This document shows, piece by piece, positions 29,509 to 40,865 of a DNA stretch of 60,254 bases; position 1 is the stretch's first letter, and each line of letters opens with the position of its first letter. Both the position numbers and the translations under genes were made by a program. The notes beneath the pieces are model-generated. The model made no database searches, had not been told where the DNA came from, and was given only the letters and a program-made list of their open reading frames with translations. The stretch comes from a virus (taxonomy: Duplodnaviria > Caudoviricetes). The stretch is taken from the IMG/VR virus record IMGVR_UViG_3300046170_000297, positions 1 to 60,254 of that record; one strand, written 5' to 3'.

Positions 29509-31828
29509 ATGGCTGAAATTGAAAAAGCAATTGAAGAGGAAGTAACAACTCCTGATTCAGAAGAAGTTGATATTGAAGTTGAAGGTGAAGAGCCTGTAAC
29601 AGTTGAGGATGTAGTTTCTGAAACTGAATCTTTTTATAAAAATATTGCAGAAGACATGTCAGATGAGACTCTGCAAAGATTATCTAATCAGTTATTAGAT
29701 GATTATAAAAAAGATAGAGTCTCTAGAAAAGATTGGGAAACTTCTTATACTAATAATTTAGATCTTCTTGGAATCAAGCACACAGAGATGACTAGACCGT
29801 TTAAAGGTTCGGCATCCGTGACTCATCCTCTATTATCAGAAGCAGTTACATCATTTCAAGCACAAGCCTATAAAGAATTACTTCCATCTCAAGGACCAGT
29901 AAGAACTAGAGTCTTAGGTGTTGAGGATAATCAAAAAGTAAATCAAGCACAACGAGTGCAAGATTTTATGAACTACATGATTACCGAAGAGATGGAAGAG
30001 TACACTCCAGAATTTGATCAATTATTATTTTATTTAGCACTTGCAGGATCAGCATTTAAAAAAGTTTATTATGATGAAGTAATGCAAAGAGCTGTATCTA
30101 AATTTATTCCTGCAGAAGATTTAGTGGTTCCATACTACACTACCGATTTAATGGAATGTGAAAGAATTACTCATGTCATTAAAATGGGAGAGAACGAGAT
30201 ACTTAAAAAACAAGCAGCAGGATTCTATAGAGATGTAGAATTAAAACCAACTGCTAGTGGTCCTACAGAAATTGAAAAAAAATATCAAGAGTTAGAAGGA
30301 GTAACACCTTCAACTGACAAACAATATTCATACTCAGTACTTGAGATGCATGTTGATTGTAATTTAGATGAGTTTGAAAACACAATTCAGAAAAAGAAGT
30401 TAAAGTTCCTTACATCATAAGTATTGATGAAGGCTCTGGTGAAGTTTTATCTATCTATCGTAACTACGATATGACAGATGAGACTAAAAAAAGAAAAGAA
30501 TACTTTGTACATTTTAAATTTTTACCAGGATTAGGGTTTTATGGTTTTGGATTAACACACATGATAGGTGGATTATCTAGAACTGCTACACAATCTTTAA
30601 GACAATTACTAGATGCAGGTACATTATCGAACTTACCTGCAGGATTTAAGTCTAGAGGTATAAGAATCAGAGACGATGACCAACCATTTCAGCCAGGAGA
30701 GTTCAGAGATGTGGATGCACCAGGTGGAAATATCAAAGATCAGTTTCAAATTTTACCATTTAAGGAGCCATCAGCTACATTATACCAATTAATGGGCTTT
30801 GTTGTTCAAGCAGGACAGAAGTTTGCAGCCATTACTAACATGGATACAGGTAATGATTTGCAAAATAGAGCTGTTGGTACGACTGTTTCGCTATTAGAGC
30901 GTGGTTCGAGGGTCATGAGCGCAATACACAAGCGATGTTACTACTCAATGAGAAGAGAATTTAGACTTTTATCAAAAGTTTTTGCAACATATCTACCACC
31001 AATCTACCCATATTCAGTATATGGTGCAGATCAAGCAGTAAAACAAACTGATTTCGATGATAGAGTAGATGTTATACCAGTTGCAGACCCAAATATCATG
31101 AGTATGGCACAAAGAGTAACGCTTGCTAACGAAAATTTAAAGATTGCTATGTCAAATCCTATGATGCACAACTTGAGAGAGGCATATCGAAGAGTATATG
31201 AAGCATTAGGAACTCAAGATATAGATCAATTACTAATTCCACAAGAACAACCAGTTCCAAAAGACCCTGCAACAGAAAATATGGAAGCATTAATGCAAAA
31301 ACCTCTTAAAGCATTTCCAACTCAAGATCATGCGTCTCATATCGCTGCTCACGCAGCGTTTATGTCTACAAGAATGGTTCAAATTAATCCTCAAGTGTAT
31401 TCAGCTCTACAAGCACACATATCTGAGCACGTTGCACTGCAAGCAACAGGAGAAATTGGTGCTATGGTGCAAGAGGATCCTACAATTCAACAGATGCTAC
31501 AACAAGATCCAGAAGCAGCTAAACTTAGAACGGATGCAATGGTAGCACAAAGAGTTGCAGAGATAACTACACAACTTGCACAAGGTGAAGCATGGGTCAA
31601 CAGAAAGATCCACTAGTTGCATTGAAAGAAAGAGAACTAGATCTTAAAGCTATGGACTTACAAAGAAAAGCTGAACAAGATATGAATGTAAATGAAATTA
31701 GAGAAAACGAAATTGATGAAAGATTAGATATTGAAAAAATGAAACTAGAAAATAACGAAGATCAAGCAGCAGAAAGAATTAGAATTGCTGATGAGAAGTT
31801 AGATATCGCTAGGAAGAAGAAAAAATAA
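29509..31828 (+). CDS. Portal protein (indels near 30385 and 31590)
   Basis: HPLLSEAV, GSAFKKVYYD, PGLGFYGFGL and LDAGTLSNLP motifs; C-terminal coiled coil; follows TerL. Confidence 0.88.
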
Positions 31829-32401
31829 TGAAAAGAAAAATTAGAAAATTTAAAGGTGGTAGGTATGGATGCTGGAGGAAAAAAATCTCCAGGTGGAGGA
31901 TCTTTTAAATCACCATCGTCAATGTCTACAGTAACTACGATAATGCCTTTTTCATCTGGTAATCATAGGTGCAACTAAAACTAGTTCTAATATAAATAAC
32001 AACACTAGATACGGTGCAAGAGCAGCTATTAGTCCAAGTACAACTACGAAAATCTAGAAAATTCCTAGTCATGGCCTGCAATCATTCCTTTAAGTGGTAC
32101 TTTATATAAAAAAGCTATTGATAGTAGAGCTATGGGTTATGGTAAAACAAAAAAGAAAACTGTTATGCCACCACCGACAAGTAACGGTGGTAACGATAGA
32201 GGTCAAAATCCAATTACACCAATCGTTGCTAACAAACCTATTGATCCATTATTAATAAAACCAAAAGAAAATTTTTTTAACTTTGTGGCTTACAATGTTG
32301 GAGGATTATCAGGTGGCGTGAAGTATGGTCCACCACCAAAGAGAGGACCAAACCCTCAAGTACCTCCTATCAAAATGAAAAAGGGAGGATATAAAAAATA
32401 A
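31828..32401 (+). CDS. Hypothetical protein (frameshifted)
   Basis: Coupled start; ends GPPPKRGPNPQ...MKKGGYKK. Confidence 0.45.
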
Positions 32402-32790
32402 TGTGGTTATCAGCAATTAAACTTGCAGTTTCTGCAGGATCAAAAATTTACGCTAACAAGCAGAAAACAAAAATGGCTATGTCAGAAGCACAGCTTATGC
32501 ATGCTACAAAAATGGCTCAAGGTCAGGAAGCTTACCAAGGCAAACTTCTTGAGGCTAGGCAATCGGACTGGAAAGACGAGGCCGTTTTGATAATTCTCAG
32601 TTTGCCCGTGTTGGTGCTCGCTTGGGCAGTGATATCGGATGACCCAACAGCGATGGACAAAGTAAAATTATTTTTTGATATGTTCTCGCAGCTTCCATCG
32701 TGGTTTACAAATTTATGGATTCTTGTCGTGGCGAGCATTTATGGCATTAAGGGTACACAAATCTTTCGTAATGGTGGAGGTAAAAAATGA
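32401..32790 (+). CDS. Putative holin-like membrane protein
   Basis: SDWKDE followed by two TM segments and LPSWF...SIYGIK. Confidence 0.55.
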   Translation: MWLSAIKLAVSAGSKIYANKQKTKMAMSEAQLMHATKMAQGQEAYQGKLLEARQSDWKDEAVLIILSLPVLVLAWAVISDDPTAMDKVKLFFDMFSQLPSWFTNLWILVVASIYGIKGTQIFRNGGGKK

Positions 32791-33114
32791 ACCTAGAAAG
32801 AGATTTACAAAAACTCAAAAAAGAAAAACAAATGAAAGAATCTGCTATTGCCCAACTTAGAAAAAGAAGTAAAGATTCTGTAGCTAGACCAAGAGCAGAA
32901 AAAAATATTTTATCAACTAATCCAGAGATGCAAAAAATATAATGTGGAAGTGGCTTATAAATTTATTTAAACCAAAGGATCAGACTGATTCTCATATTAA
33001 ACAATTTGAGGATGTTGATTATTCAAAACTATCAAAAGGTGATCTTAAAAAATTAAGAGCACAAGGTAAAATAAAAAGTATTTACTTTCCATACAAATAA
33101 TATATAGATTCTTC

Positions 33115-33321
33115 ATGGGTCTTAGAACAGCATTATTACAAGCATTAGAGGATAGATATAATGCACAAATATCTGAAGCTGATGCAACTATTCAAATATA
33201 TTTAGAAAAACCTGTAGCAATTGGAGAACATCCTCAACATTTAGATGAAATAGATAAGCTAATTACAAAAATATCAGAAGCAGAAGAAAAATTACAAATT
33301 TTACAACAATTTAAATTGTAA
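33115..33321 (+). CDS. Conserved hypothetical protein
   Basis: PVAIGEHPQ motif. Confidence 0.7.
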   Translation: MGLRTALLQALEDRYNAQISEADATIQIYLEKPVAIGEHPQHLDEIDKLITKISEAEEKLQILQQFKL

Positions 33322-33524
33322 TGTTGGACTATCACACCAAAGAACAAATAGTTAACGTAATTAACAAACAGATTAAAGATATAAAAGATCATCTTTGCTA
33401 TGGGGTTGAAACGGAATCTCAGTTGATGTATGCTAGGGGCAGACTCAGCGCTTTAGAAACGCTGCTTCAGGATATTAAAAACCTGCAAAAGGAGGATAAC
33501 GATGGTACAATTGATAAAACCTAA
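33321..33524 (+). CDS. Hypothetical protein
   Basis: Coupled ORF upstream of GroES. Confidence 0.65.
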   Translation: MLDYHTKEQIVNVINKQIKDIKDHLCYGVETESQLMYARGRLSALETLLQDIKNLQKEDNDGTIDKT

Positions 33525-33942
33525 ACTTAATGATTTCGGTAACGAAAAAAATAAAGAAGAGGTTAAATCACAGATTCCAACAGATCCCAAAGGCATCAAA
33601 GAATATCTTGAAATCATACCCAACCCAGTAGGATACCGTATGCTTGTTAGACCTTGGTCAGGACAAGCCAAAACAAAAGGCGGTGTTATCTTAGCAGATG
33701 AAACTCAAGACAAAATCCAAATGACAACTGTCGTTGGACTTGTTGTAAAACAGGGTGACCTTTGTTATCAAGATAAAGAAAAATTTCCTAAAGGTGCTTG
33801 GTGTAAAGAAGGAGAATTTGTTATTTATGGCAGATACTCTGGAAGTAGATTTCAAACTAAGTACGGTGAACACCGTATACTCAATGATGACGAGATCATA
33901 GGAACAATAGGTAAGCCAGAAGATATTCTCCATTTATTTTAA
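33502..33942 (+). CDS. groES: Phage co-chaperonin GroES (Cpn10)
   Basis: PVGYRMLVRP, KTKGGVIL mobile loop, YGRYSG and ILNDDEI motifs. Confidence 0.88.
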   Translation: MVQLIKPKLNDFGNEKNKEEVKSQIPTDPKGIKEYLEIIPNPVGYRMLVRPWSGQAKTKGGVILADETQDKIQMTTVVGLVVKQGDLCYQDKEKFPKGAWCKEGEFVIYGRYSGSRFQTKYGEHRILNDDEIIGTIGKPEDILHLF

Positions 33943-33958
33943 ATAAAGGAGAATAAAC

Positions 33959-35026
33959 ATGGCAGAAGTAAAAGACTATAGTGCGGAAGCACTTATGGCA
34001 AAAGAACATGAGGTAGAATTAGATACCGATAATGTTAAAGAAGAAAATGTTCAAGTAGAAGAAAAATCAACAAAAGAAGAAACACCTAACTTAAATGTTG
34101 GTGAAGTTGATTTAGGTTATACTGGACATGACAAACCAGAAGAAGATAAAACAGAAAAACCAGAAATAGAAGTTACAGAAGATAAAACTGAAACTCCTGT
34201 TGAAAAAAAAGTTGAATCTGAAACTGAAAAAGAAAAACCAAACCTTAATGAGTCGAGAAGAGATTATCAAAAAAGAATTGATAAACTAGTCTTTCAAAAA
34301 AAAGAAGCTGAAAGAAGAGAAAAAGCAGCTCTTGATTTTGCAGAAGGTATAAAAAAGAAATTTGACTCAAGTGTTCAAAAGTTAAATTCTACTGACGAAC
34401 AGTATCTAAAAGAATTAGATGCAAGAGTAGATGCACAAAGAGAACAAGTCAAAGTAGCTCTTCAATCAGCTATCGAAAGCCAAGACGCTTCTAAAATTAT
34501 GGAAGCTAACGATAGACTAACTCAATTAGCTGTAGAAAAAGAAAAAGCTAGATTAGAGATGGCTAATCGTGAAGAAAAAAAGAAAGCTGAAGAAGAAAAA
34601 AGTAAACAACAACAAAACGTACAAGCTGCACCTCAAACAGCGGAAACATCACAAACGGCACCACAAATTACACCTAGAGCCAAGAAATGGGCTGAGGAGA
34701 ATACGTGGTTCGGGAATGATGAGGTCATGACCAATGCTGCTATTACTATACACAACAATATTTCTCAAGAGGGTATTGAAGTAGACAGTGATGAGTATTA
34801 TAATGAAGTTAACTCAAGACTTAAAAGGTATTTTCCTGAGAGTTTTGGTAACACTAATGACGAGCCTAAAAAAGAGACACCCAAACCCGTCCAAACGGTT
34901 GCCTCGGCTGGTCGTAGTCAACAAGGACGCAGAACTGTGAAACTCACAAAGTCACAGGTAGCGATTGCTAAAAGATTAAATGTGCCACTAGAGGAATATG
35001 CTAGATACGTGAAGGAGGATAAATAG
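33959..35026 (+). CDS. Capsid scaffolding protein
   Basis: Acidic N-terminus, coiled coil, C-terminal VKLTKSQVAIAKRLNVPLEEYA. Confidence 0.75.
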   Translation: MAEVKDYSAEALMAKEHEVELDTDNVKEENVQVEEKSTKEETPNLNVGEVDLGYTGHDKPEEDKTEKPEIEVTEDKTETPVEKKVESETEKEKPNLNESRRDYQKRIDKLVFQKKEAERREKAALDFAEGIKKKFDSSVQKLNSTDEQYLKELDARVDAQREQVKVALQSAIESQDASKIMEANDRLTQLAVEKEKARLEMANREEKKKAEEEKSKQQQNVQAAPQTAETSQTAPQITPRAKKWAEENTWFGNDEVMTNAAITIHNNISQEGIEVDSDEYYNEVNSRLKRYFPESFGNTNDEPKKETPKPVQTVASAGRSQQGRRTVKLTKSQVAIAKRLNVPLEEYARYVKEDK

Positions 35027-35027
35027 T

Positions 35028-35498
35028 ATGAGTACAATTAAGAGAACTTCACGGGAGTCAGAGAATAAAGCAACGAAAGAAGCTCCAAAAGCTTGGACTC
35101 CACCATCCAGTTTGGATGCGCCACCCGCACCGAACGGTTACGCCCACAGATGGATCCGTACTACCGTTCAAGGTTTTGAGGATACAGCTAATGTATCTAA
35201 AAAATTAAGGGAAGGATGGGATTTTGTTACAGTCGAACAAGTTCAAAACGAGATCGGCACTAATAAATATCCTTTCTATACCGAAGGCAAATACGAGGGG
35301 TGTATAGGAATTGGAGGCCTTGTGCTGGCAAGGATACCAGAGGAGATTTTGGTTTCACGTGCTGAGTATTTTAAAAAACTTACTCAAGACAGAATGAACG
35401 CGGTAGACAATGATCTTATGAAGGAACAGCACCCGGATATGCCTATCAATATTGATAGACAGTCCAGAGTGACCTTTGGTGGTAGTCGTAAAAAATAA
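35028..35498 (+). CDS. Conserved head-module protein
   Basis: WTPPSSLDAP and HRWIR motifs; between scaffold and capsid genes. Confidence 0.7.
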   Translation: MSTIKRTSRESENKATKEAPKAWTPPSSLDAPPAPNGYAHRWIRTTVQGFEDTANVSKKLREGWDFVTVEQVQNEIGTNKYPFYTEGKYEGCIGIGGLVLARIPEEILVSRAEYFKKLTQDRMNAVDNDLMKEQHPDMPINIDRQSRVTFGGSRKK

Positions 35499-35559
35499 TA
35501 TTTTTGCAATACCTACCGGGTTATTAAAATAAACTGTTAACACAACGGAGAAAACAAAT

Positions 35560-36138
35560 ATGTCAAACGTAAGTGAAAAGTTTGGTCTTAGACCTTACAG
35601 AAAACTAGACGGAACACCTCTTGTTGGAGCCCAAAACAGATATACGATTGCTTCAGGTTATGCTTCTGCAATTTTCCAAGGCGAAATGGTTGAGCCATTA
35701 GGAACTGGAAATATTCAGAGACACGGCCCGAATACTTCGGACGCTGTTGTGGGTGTTTTTAACGGATGTTTTTACACAGACCCAACTACTCAAAAGCCGA
35801 CTTACAGCAACTACTACCCAGGTGGTATTGCTGCTTCTGACATCACAGCATTTATTATTGATGATCCAGATGCAGTATTTTTAGTTGATGCTGATGAAGC
35901 TTTCACAAGAGCTGATCTGTACAAGAACTACTCTGTTACAAACACAACAGGTGTAACACAAACAGGAATATCAAAACAGCAACTAGACGTTAGTGTATCT
36001 GGTACTGCGCAAACTTTTGTCATTCAGGCAATCGACATTTCGCAAGACCCAGAAAACTCTGACACAGGTTCTGCTAATGCGAACATTCTTGTTAGAATCA
36101 ACAACCACTTCTACAGAAGTGGAACAGGTATAGCGTAA
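35560..36138 (+). CDS. Capsid-associated (cement/decoration) protein
   Basis: FGLRP start; immediately before the major capsid gene. Confidence 0.65.
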   Translation: MSNVSEKFGLRPYRKLDGTPLVGAQNRYTIASGYASAIFQGEMVEPLGTGNIQRHGPNTSDAVVGVFNGCFYTDPTTQKPTYSNYYPGGIAASDITAFIIDDPDAVFLVDADEAFTRADLYKNYSVTNTTGVTQTGISKQQLDVSVSGTAQTFVIQAIDISQDPENSDTGSANANILVRINNHFYRSGTGIA

Positions 36139-36153
36139 TAAAGGAGACATACT

Positions 36154-37072
36154 ATGGCAATATCACGATCCCAACTAGTCAAAGAACTAGAGCCAGGTTT
36201 GAATGCTTTATTCGGCCTGGAATACAACAGATACGAGAATCAGCATGCTGAAATTTTCGTAACTGAAACATCTGACAGAGCTTTTGAAGAAGAAGTAATG
36301 TTAAGCGGTTTCGCTTCTGCACCAACTAAACAAGAGGGTGCTGGAGTAGTGTTTGATACAGCAGGTGAAACTTTCACAGCTAGATACAACCACGAAACAA
36401 TCGCTTTAGCATTTTCGATCACTGAAGAAGCAATCGAAGATAACCTATATGACAGATTAGCTGCAAGATACACAAGAGCTCTTGCAAGATCTATGTCAAA
36501 TACGAAGCAAGTTAAAGCTGCTAACGTACTTAACCAAGCACAGTTTACTGCTGTGACTGGTGGAGACGGGGTACCACTAATTTCTAGTGCTCACCCATTA
36601 GCAACAGGTGGTACATTTTCAAATGTATTAGCAGTTGCTGCAGACCTTAACGAAACTTCACTTGAGCAGTCGTTAATCGACATCGCTGGATTCGTAGACG
36701 AAAGAGGTCTAAGAATCGCTTCTCAAGGTAGAAAGATGATAATTCCAAAAGAATTACAATTTACTGCTGAGAGATTGATGAAAACTCCACAAAGAGTTGG
36801 AACAGCTGATAACGACATCAACGCAATCGCTTCAATGGGAATGGTTCCAGAAGGGTACTCAGTTAATAATTTCTTAACTGATACTGATTCTTTCTTCCTA
36901 ATGACTGATGTTCCTAACGGATTAAAACACTTTCGTTAGATCACCAATCAAAACTGCGATTGAAGGTGACTTCGATACTGGTAACGTAAGATTTAAAGCT
37001 AGAGAAAGATACTCTTTTGGATTCTCAGATCCTAGAGCAATCTTTGGTAACGGAAACTTACCAACTAGTTAA
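36154..37072 (+). CDS. Major capsid protein, Mu gpT-like (indel near 36930)
   Basis: MAISRSQLVKELEPGLNALFG; C-terminus EGDFDTGNVRFKARERYSFGFSDPR in the next frame; followed by a terminator. Confidence 0.9.
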
Positions 37073-37096
37073 TAAATAATACAATTAGTATTACTT

Positions 37097-37129
37097 AAAA
37101 GGGGCGGTGTTCACACTGCCCCTTTTTTT
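37097..37129 (+). terminator. Intrinsic terminator after the capsid gene
   Basis: GGGGCGGTG-TTCA-CACTGCCCC-T7. Confidence 0.85.
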
Positions 37130-37143
37130 GTGTATAATAAAAA

Positions 37144-37221
37144 GACCTAGAAAAATAATTATTATGTAGACTGGCTAGGCAGACGGTATAGAGACTACAT
37201 AACGAACGCTATACAAAGGAG
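37144..37221 (+). ncRNA. Candidate structured 5' leader with two pseudoknots
   Basis: Three interleaved complementary segment pairs after TATAAT (37133) and before the AGGAG SD. Confidence 0.45.
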
Positions 37222-37227
37222 AAAATT

Positions 37228-37782
37228 ATGGCATCAACTACTTTTTCAGGACCAGTACGTTCTGAAGGTGGCTTTCAAATGGCTACAAAAAATGCATCAA
37301 CAGGTGCAATCACAACAAGAATGAGTTCAGGTATGCCTGATCTTACAGGTTTACTTTTAGCTGACACAGCAACAGCGGCAAATATTTCTATCGCTGATGG
37401 AGTTATTGCAACTGTAAACTACACAGGTGCAGCGGCATGTGCTGTAGCATTACCAGCAGCAACTAAAGGTGCAATTGCAGTTTATGTTCAAGCTAAAGAC
37501 ACAACAGGTGGAACTGCTACTTTAACTTTCAATGCAGCAGGTTCTGACGTTTGGGCTACTGGTTCTTTAATTGAATCAAGAGCAGCAGCCGAAGTTACAT
37601 TTGATACTTCTGCATCAGGTGAAACACAATTAGTTTACACTCCAGCTAACGCAGCAACTAATCTTTTTACTACTGGAAGCAAAATTGCTTTTATGTGTTT
37701 TGAAGATGGTACTTGGCACATTGCTTCAGAAATGGGTGGTGCGGCTGATGCTACTACAGGTGCGTTTGCATTTGCAGCGTAA
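37228..37782 (+). CDS. Virion structural protein (head fibre/decoration-like)
   Basis: MASTTFSGPVRS start; Ala/Thr-rich. Confidence 0.65.
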   Translation: MASTTFSGPVRSEGGFQMATKNASTGAITTRMSSGMPDLTGLLLADTATAANISIADGVIATVNYTGAAACAVALPAATKGAIAVYVQAKDTTGGTATLTFNAAGSDVWATGSLIESRAAAEVTFDTSASGETQLVYTPANAATNLFTTGSKIAFMCFEDGTWHIASEMGGAADATTGAFAFAA

Positions 37783-37792
37783 TAATAAACTA

Positions 37793-37812
37793 GTGGCTCC
37801 TTCGGGAGCCAC
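37793..37812 (+). other. C(UUCG)G stem-loop without a U-tract
   Basis: GTGGCTCC-TTCG-GGAGCCAC. Confidence 0.7.
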
Positions 37813-37826
37813 GAACTAGGAGATTT

Positions 37827-38153
37827 ATGTTTAAAGGCGATATACAAGCTACAAGATCAACTGCTGCTGCAGGAGCAACCGCAATTATTTCACAACCAAT
37901 TAGGTTAAAAGGAATTATTGTTTCTAGTGATGGTGGTGGAGCAGGAGTATTAGAATTAACAACAACTTCAAATTCTGGAGACACAATGTTTATTGCAGAT
38001 GTTCCTACTGGAGATTTAGTTAATTTTTCTTTTCCTGATGATGGTATTTTATTTCCAAAAGGAATTTTTTGTAAAACAAAAACAAATATTTCAGCTTATA
38101 CATTGTTAACAGATAAATATTCTGGTCCTAATTTAACTGGGAGTAATGGATAA
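37827..38153 (+). CDS. Small structural protein
   Basis: FPDDGILFPKGI; paralogous to the next gene. Confidence 0.65.
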   Translation: MFKGDIQATRSTAAAGATAIISQPIRLKGIIVSSDGGGAGVLELTTTSNSGDTMFIADVPTGDLVNFSFPDDGILFPKGIFCKTKTNISAYTLLTDKYSGPNLTGSNG

Positions 38154-38458
38154 TGGGTGGTTCAAGTTTTTCGTCAGATCAGTCGGTCGCACATGCAACA
38201 GCCACAGCTCAAATGGTAGCCGTTGGTGGTACAGGTAAAACAAATAGAACAAGGCTAACTTCTATTCAAGGTAAAGGTAATAGTGCAAGTGGTTCAATCA
38301 TATTTAGAAGTGGTGGTGCTACAGGAGATGTTATTGCAACTTACTTATTTGGAGAAGAAGGTTTAGATATGTATTTACCAGGTAATGGTATCTTATTTGA
38401 AGACGGTATTCATGCAACTATTGCAGGGACAGGCGGAGTAACAATTACATTTACGTAA
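38153..38458 (+). CDS. Small structural protein
   Basis: LPGNGILFEDGI; paralogous to the previous gene. Confidence 0.65.
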   Translation: MGGSSFSSDQSVAHATATAQMVAVGGTGKTNRTRLTSIQGKGNSASGSIIFRSGGATGDVIATYLFGEEGLDMYLPGNGILFEDGIHATIAGTGGVTITFT

Positions 38459-38459
38459 A

Positions 38460-38774
38460 ATGGATTTAGATTATTACGCAGATATAATTGAATTAAAAAA
38501 AGGTGGTATGCCACCTAGAAATAAAAAAAATTATAGACCTACTGAAAAAGGTGCAGGAATGACTGAAGCTGGAGTAGCTGCTTATAGAAGAGCTAATCCT
38601 GGATCAAAACTTAAAACTGCAGTAACAGGTAAGGTTAAAAAAGGATCAAAAGCTGCCAATCGTAGAAAATCATATTGTGCAAGATCATTAGGACAATTAA
38701 AAAGATCTTCTGCTAAAACAAGAAATGATCCTAATTCAAGAATAAGACAAGCGAGACGAAGATGGAAATGTTAA
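38460..38774 (+). CDS. Basic conserved phage protein
   Basis: RRKSYCARS...DPNSRIRQARRRWKC. Confidence 0.75.
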   Translation: MDLDYYADIIELKKGGMPPRNKKNYRPTEKGAGMTEAGVAAYRRANPGSKLKTAVTGKVKKGSKAANRRKSYCARSLGQLKRSSAKTRNDPNSRIRQARRRWKC

Positions 38775-38867
38775 AAGATTTACTTAAAAAATTATTTGGA
38801 TACAATGATTTAGAAAAAAGAATAAGAATTCTAGAAAGAAAAAATTATTGGAGAGAAAAATATAAAC

Positions 38868-39587
38868 ATGGCTTATCTCAATTCAAACATCCCTCCAATA
38901 TACTGTAAAATAAGAAAGGAGTATCTTTATGATCTTAAAGAACATATGGGAGAAAGTGAAGACTGTGTTGTCTTCGCCATTACATCTATTCCAGGGCGTG
39001 CAATCTTATTCAATATCATGTTACCAAATGGTGCATGCTATTGGCGTTTGCCTATCTCAGCGTTTTTCCAAAAACGTTATGATAGAGCCGATGTGCCGAA
39101 TATGCAGACGCACGAGTTGGAATTGTGGAACAGTTTCAGTTATTATCCTAGTATTACTACTTTTGATTTTTTAATTGGAGAAAAAGGTAAATATTTTGGT
39201 ATAGATAAAAAATTTTATTATGGACAATATTTATTTACAATTGATTGGGCACACCCAGACCCAAATATTTTAGATGTCGAGCATAGTGAAGTACCTGATG
39301 AACATAAGTGCGCACATATATTGGCTCTTACTAACGGCAATTATGCAGCTCAGCCTAATAATCGTATTCTGTGGAATGTTAGTAGCTACACTACTAATAA
39401 CGATATACCAGACTATAAAGTTCAAAGTACTGAATGGAATGTCGAAAATAAGGGATTAATTACTGAAGATAGCGATAAAATGTTTTACGATATAAATGAA
39501 AAAAAAGATACTAAAAGAACTTACGAAAAATATAAGGAATATGCACATGATTTATCCTTTGAAAACGATAGTAACAAAGATGATTGA
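38868..39587 (+). CDS. Conserved hypothetical protein
   Basis: YLFTIDW, EHKCAH and AAQPNNR motifs. Confidence 0.75.
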   Translation: MAYLNSNIPPIYCKIRKEYLYDLKEHMGESEDCVVFAITSIPGRAILFNIMLPNGACYWRLPISAFFQKRYDRADVPNMQTHELELWNSFSYYPSITTFDFLIGEKGKYFGIDKKFYYGQYLFTIDWAHPDPNILDVEHSEVPDEHKCAHILALTNGNYAAQPNNRILWNVSSYTTNNDIPDYKVQSTEWNVENKGLITEDSDKMFYDINEKKDTKRTYEKYKEYAHDLSFENDSNKDD

Positions 39588-39777
39588 TAAATTTATATAT
39601 AATTTTTTTGGTGCACTAGACAAAGCAGCAGGATGGATTGATAATATATTCTTTAACAAAAAAAAGAAAAAGAAATAATTATGGAGTATCAAAGGATGAA
39701 CTATTACTTTTACAGGTGCTTTAATTGTAGCTTTTGTGTTAATAGCCCTTTTTTTACAACCTGGATATATACCTAGA

Positions 39778-40153
39778 TGAGTAACAAACCACTAAACATC
39801 GGAGAAGAAGGCACGTGTGCAGATGCCGATGAAAACCGTAGCTAGCCTGATCGTGCTCGTAGGCAATGGGCGTGTTCGCATATACGGAGCTGACTGCGAG
39901 GTTGGTATCGTTAGAGACATCACGTGAGTTGTTTGAAAATGATTTGTTAAAAAAATCTGAACAAGTCCCTACGGATCAGGAACAACATTTTTTAATCGAG
40001 GATTTGTATAAGTCCGTAGAGAAGATGGAAGAGACTCAAGAAATGAATATGACAAACAAAGTTAATATAGAATTTTTAAGAGAACAACTAGATAAAGCTT
40101 TAGCTGATATCGAAGTATTAAAAGATAAGGTAAGACAAAACGGAGGTCATTAA
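39778..40153 (+). CDS. Membrane-anchored coiled-coil protein (N-terminal indels)
   Basis: ORF 39866..40153 extends upstream through indels. Confidence 0.5.
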
Positions 40154-40386
40154 TGGAGTTGATTGTAGCCCTACTTATGATTGTAAATGGAGAGATCAAA
40201 GAACATAGAATTCAAATTGATCCAGAATCAGGTAAACCCTCAATGTCAATGTGCTTGAAAGGGAAGCGGGTTGCAATGAGATCAAATACAAAAGATAATA
40301 TAGTTTATCAATGTATCAAGTCGATGGCTGAGCTCGAGTCAAACGTAGACGGATCAAAATCAATTAAAAAATTAATATTGGAGTAG
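40153..40386 (+). CDS. Hypothetical protein
   Basis: Coupled ORF with GGAGG RBS. Confidence 0.6.
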   Translation: MELIVALLMIVNGEIKEHRIQIDPESGKPSMSMCLKGKRVAMRSNTKDNIVYQCIKSMAELESNVDGSKSIKKLILE

Positions 40387-40388
40387 TA

Positions 40389-40865
40389 ATGGAATTAACA
40401 CGTAATTTTAGTTTACAAGAATTAATTAAATCAGATACAGCAATTAGGTTGGATATCAACAACAATCCAAACTCAGGTCAGATAGAAAAATTAAAAGCAT
40501 TATGTGAAAATATACTGCAACCGGTACGTGACCACTTTGGCAGAGTAAAGGTAACGTCAGGGTTCCGTAGCGAGCAGCTTTGCCTAAAGATAGGTAGCTC
40601 GATCAATAGCCAACATGCAAAAGCTGAGGCTGCAGATTTTGAATGTATGGGAACTGACAATGCTGAATTAGCTGATTGGATCAATAAAAACCTAGACTAC
40701 GATCAATTGATACTCGAGTTCTACACTCCTGGGGAACCCAACTCGGGATGGATACACTGTAGTTATACTACAGATCAACCAAGAAAACAGTTCTTGCATG
40801 CATACAAATCTGAGGGTAAAACAAAGTATAAACCAGTTATAGGAAAAGCAAAGGATTTAGCATGA
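40389..40865 (+). CDS. Peptidase M15A endolysin
   Basis: SGFR, SQHAKAEAAD and WIHCSY Zn-peptidase motifs. Confidence 0.9.
   Translation: MELTRNFSLQELIKSDTAIRLDINNNPNSGQIEKLKALCENILQPVRDHFGRVKVTSGFRSEQLCLKIGSSINSQHAKAEAADFECMGTDNAELADWINKNLDYDQLILEFYTPGEPNSGWIHCSYTTDQPRKQFLHAYKSEGKTKYKPVIGKAKDLA

Noticed and set aside
27513-37072. Pseudogenes or programmed frameshifts in terL, portal and capsid
   Set aside because: Single-base indels, mostly in homopolymers, occur throughout essential genes; sequencing error is the simpler explanation
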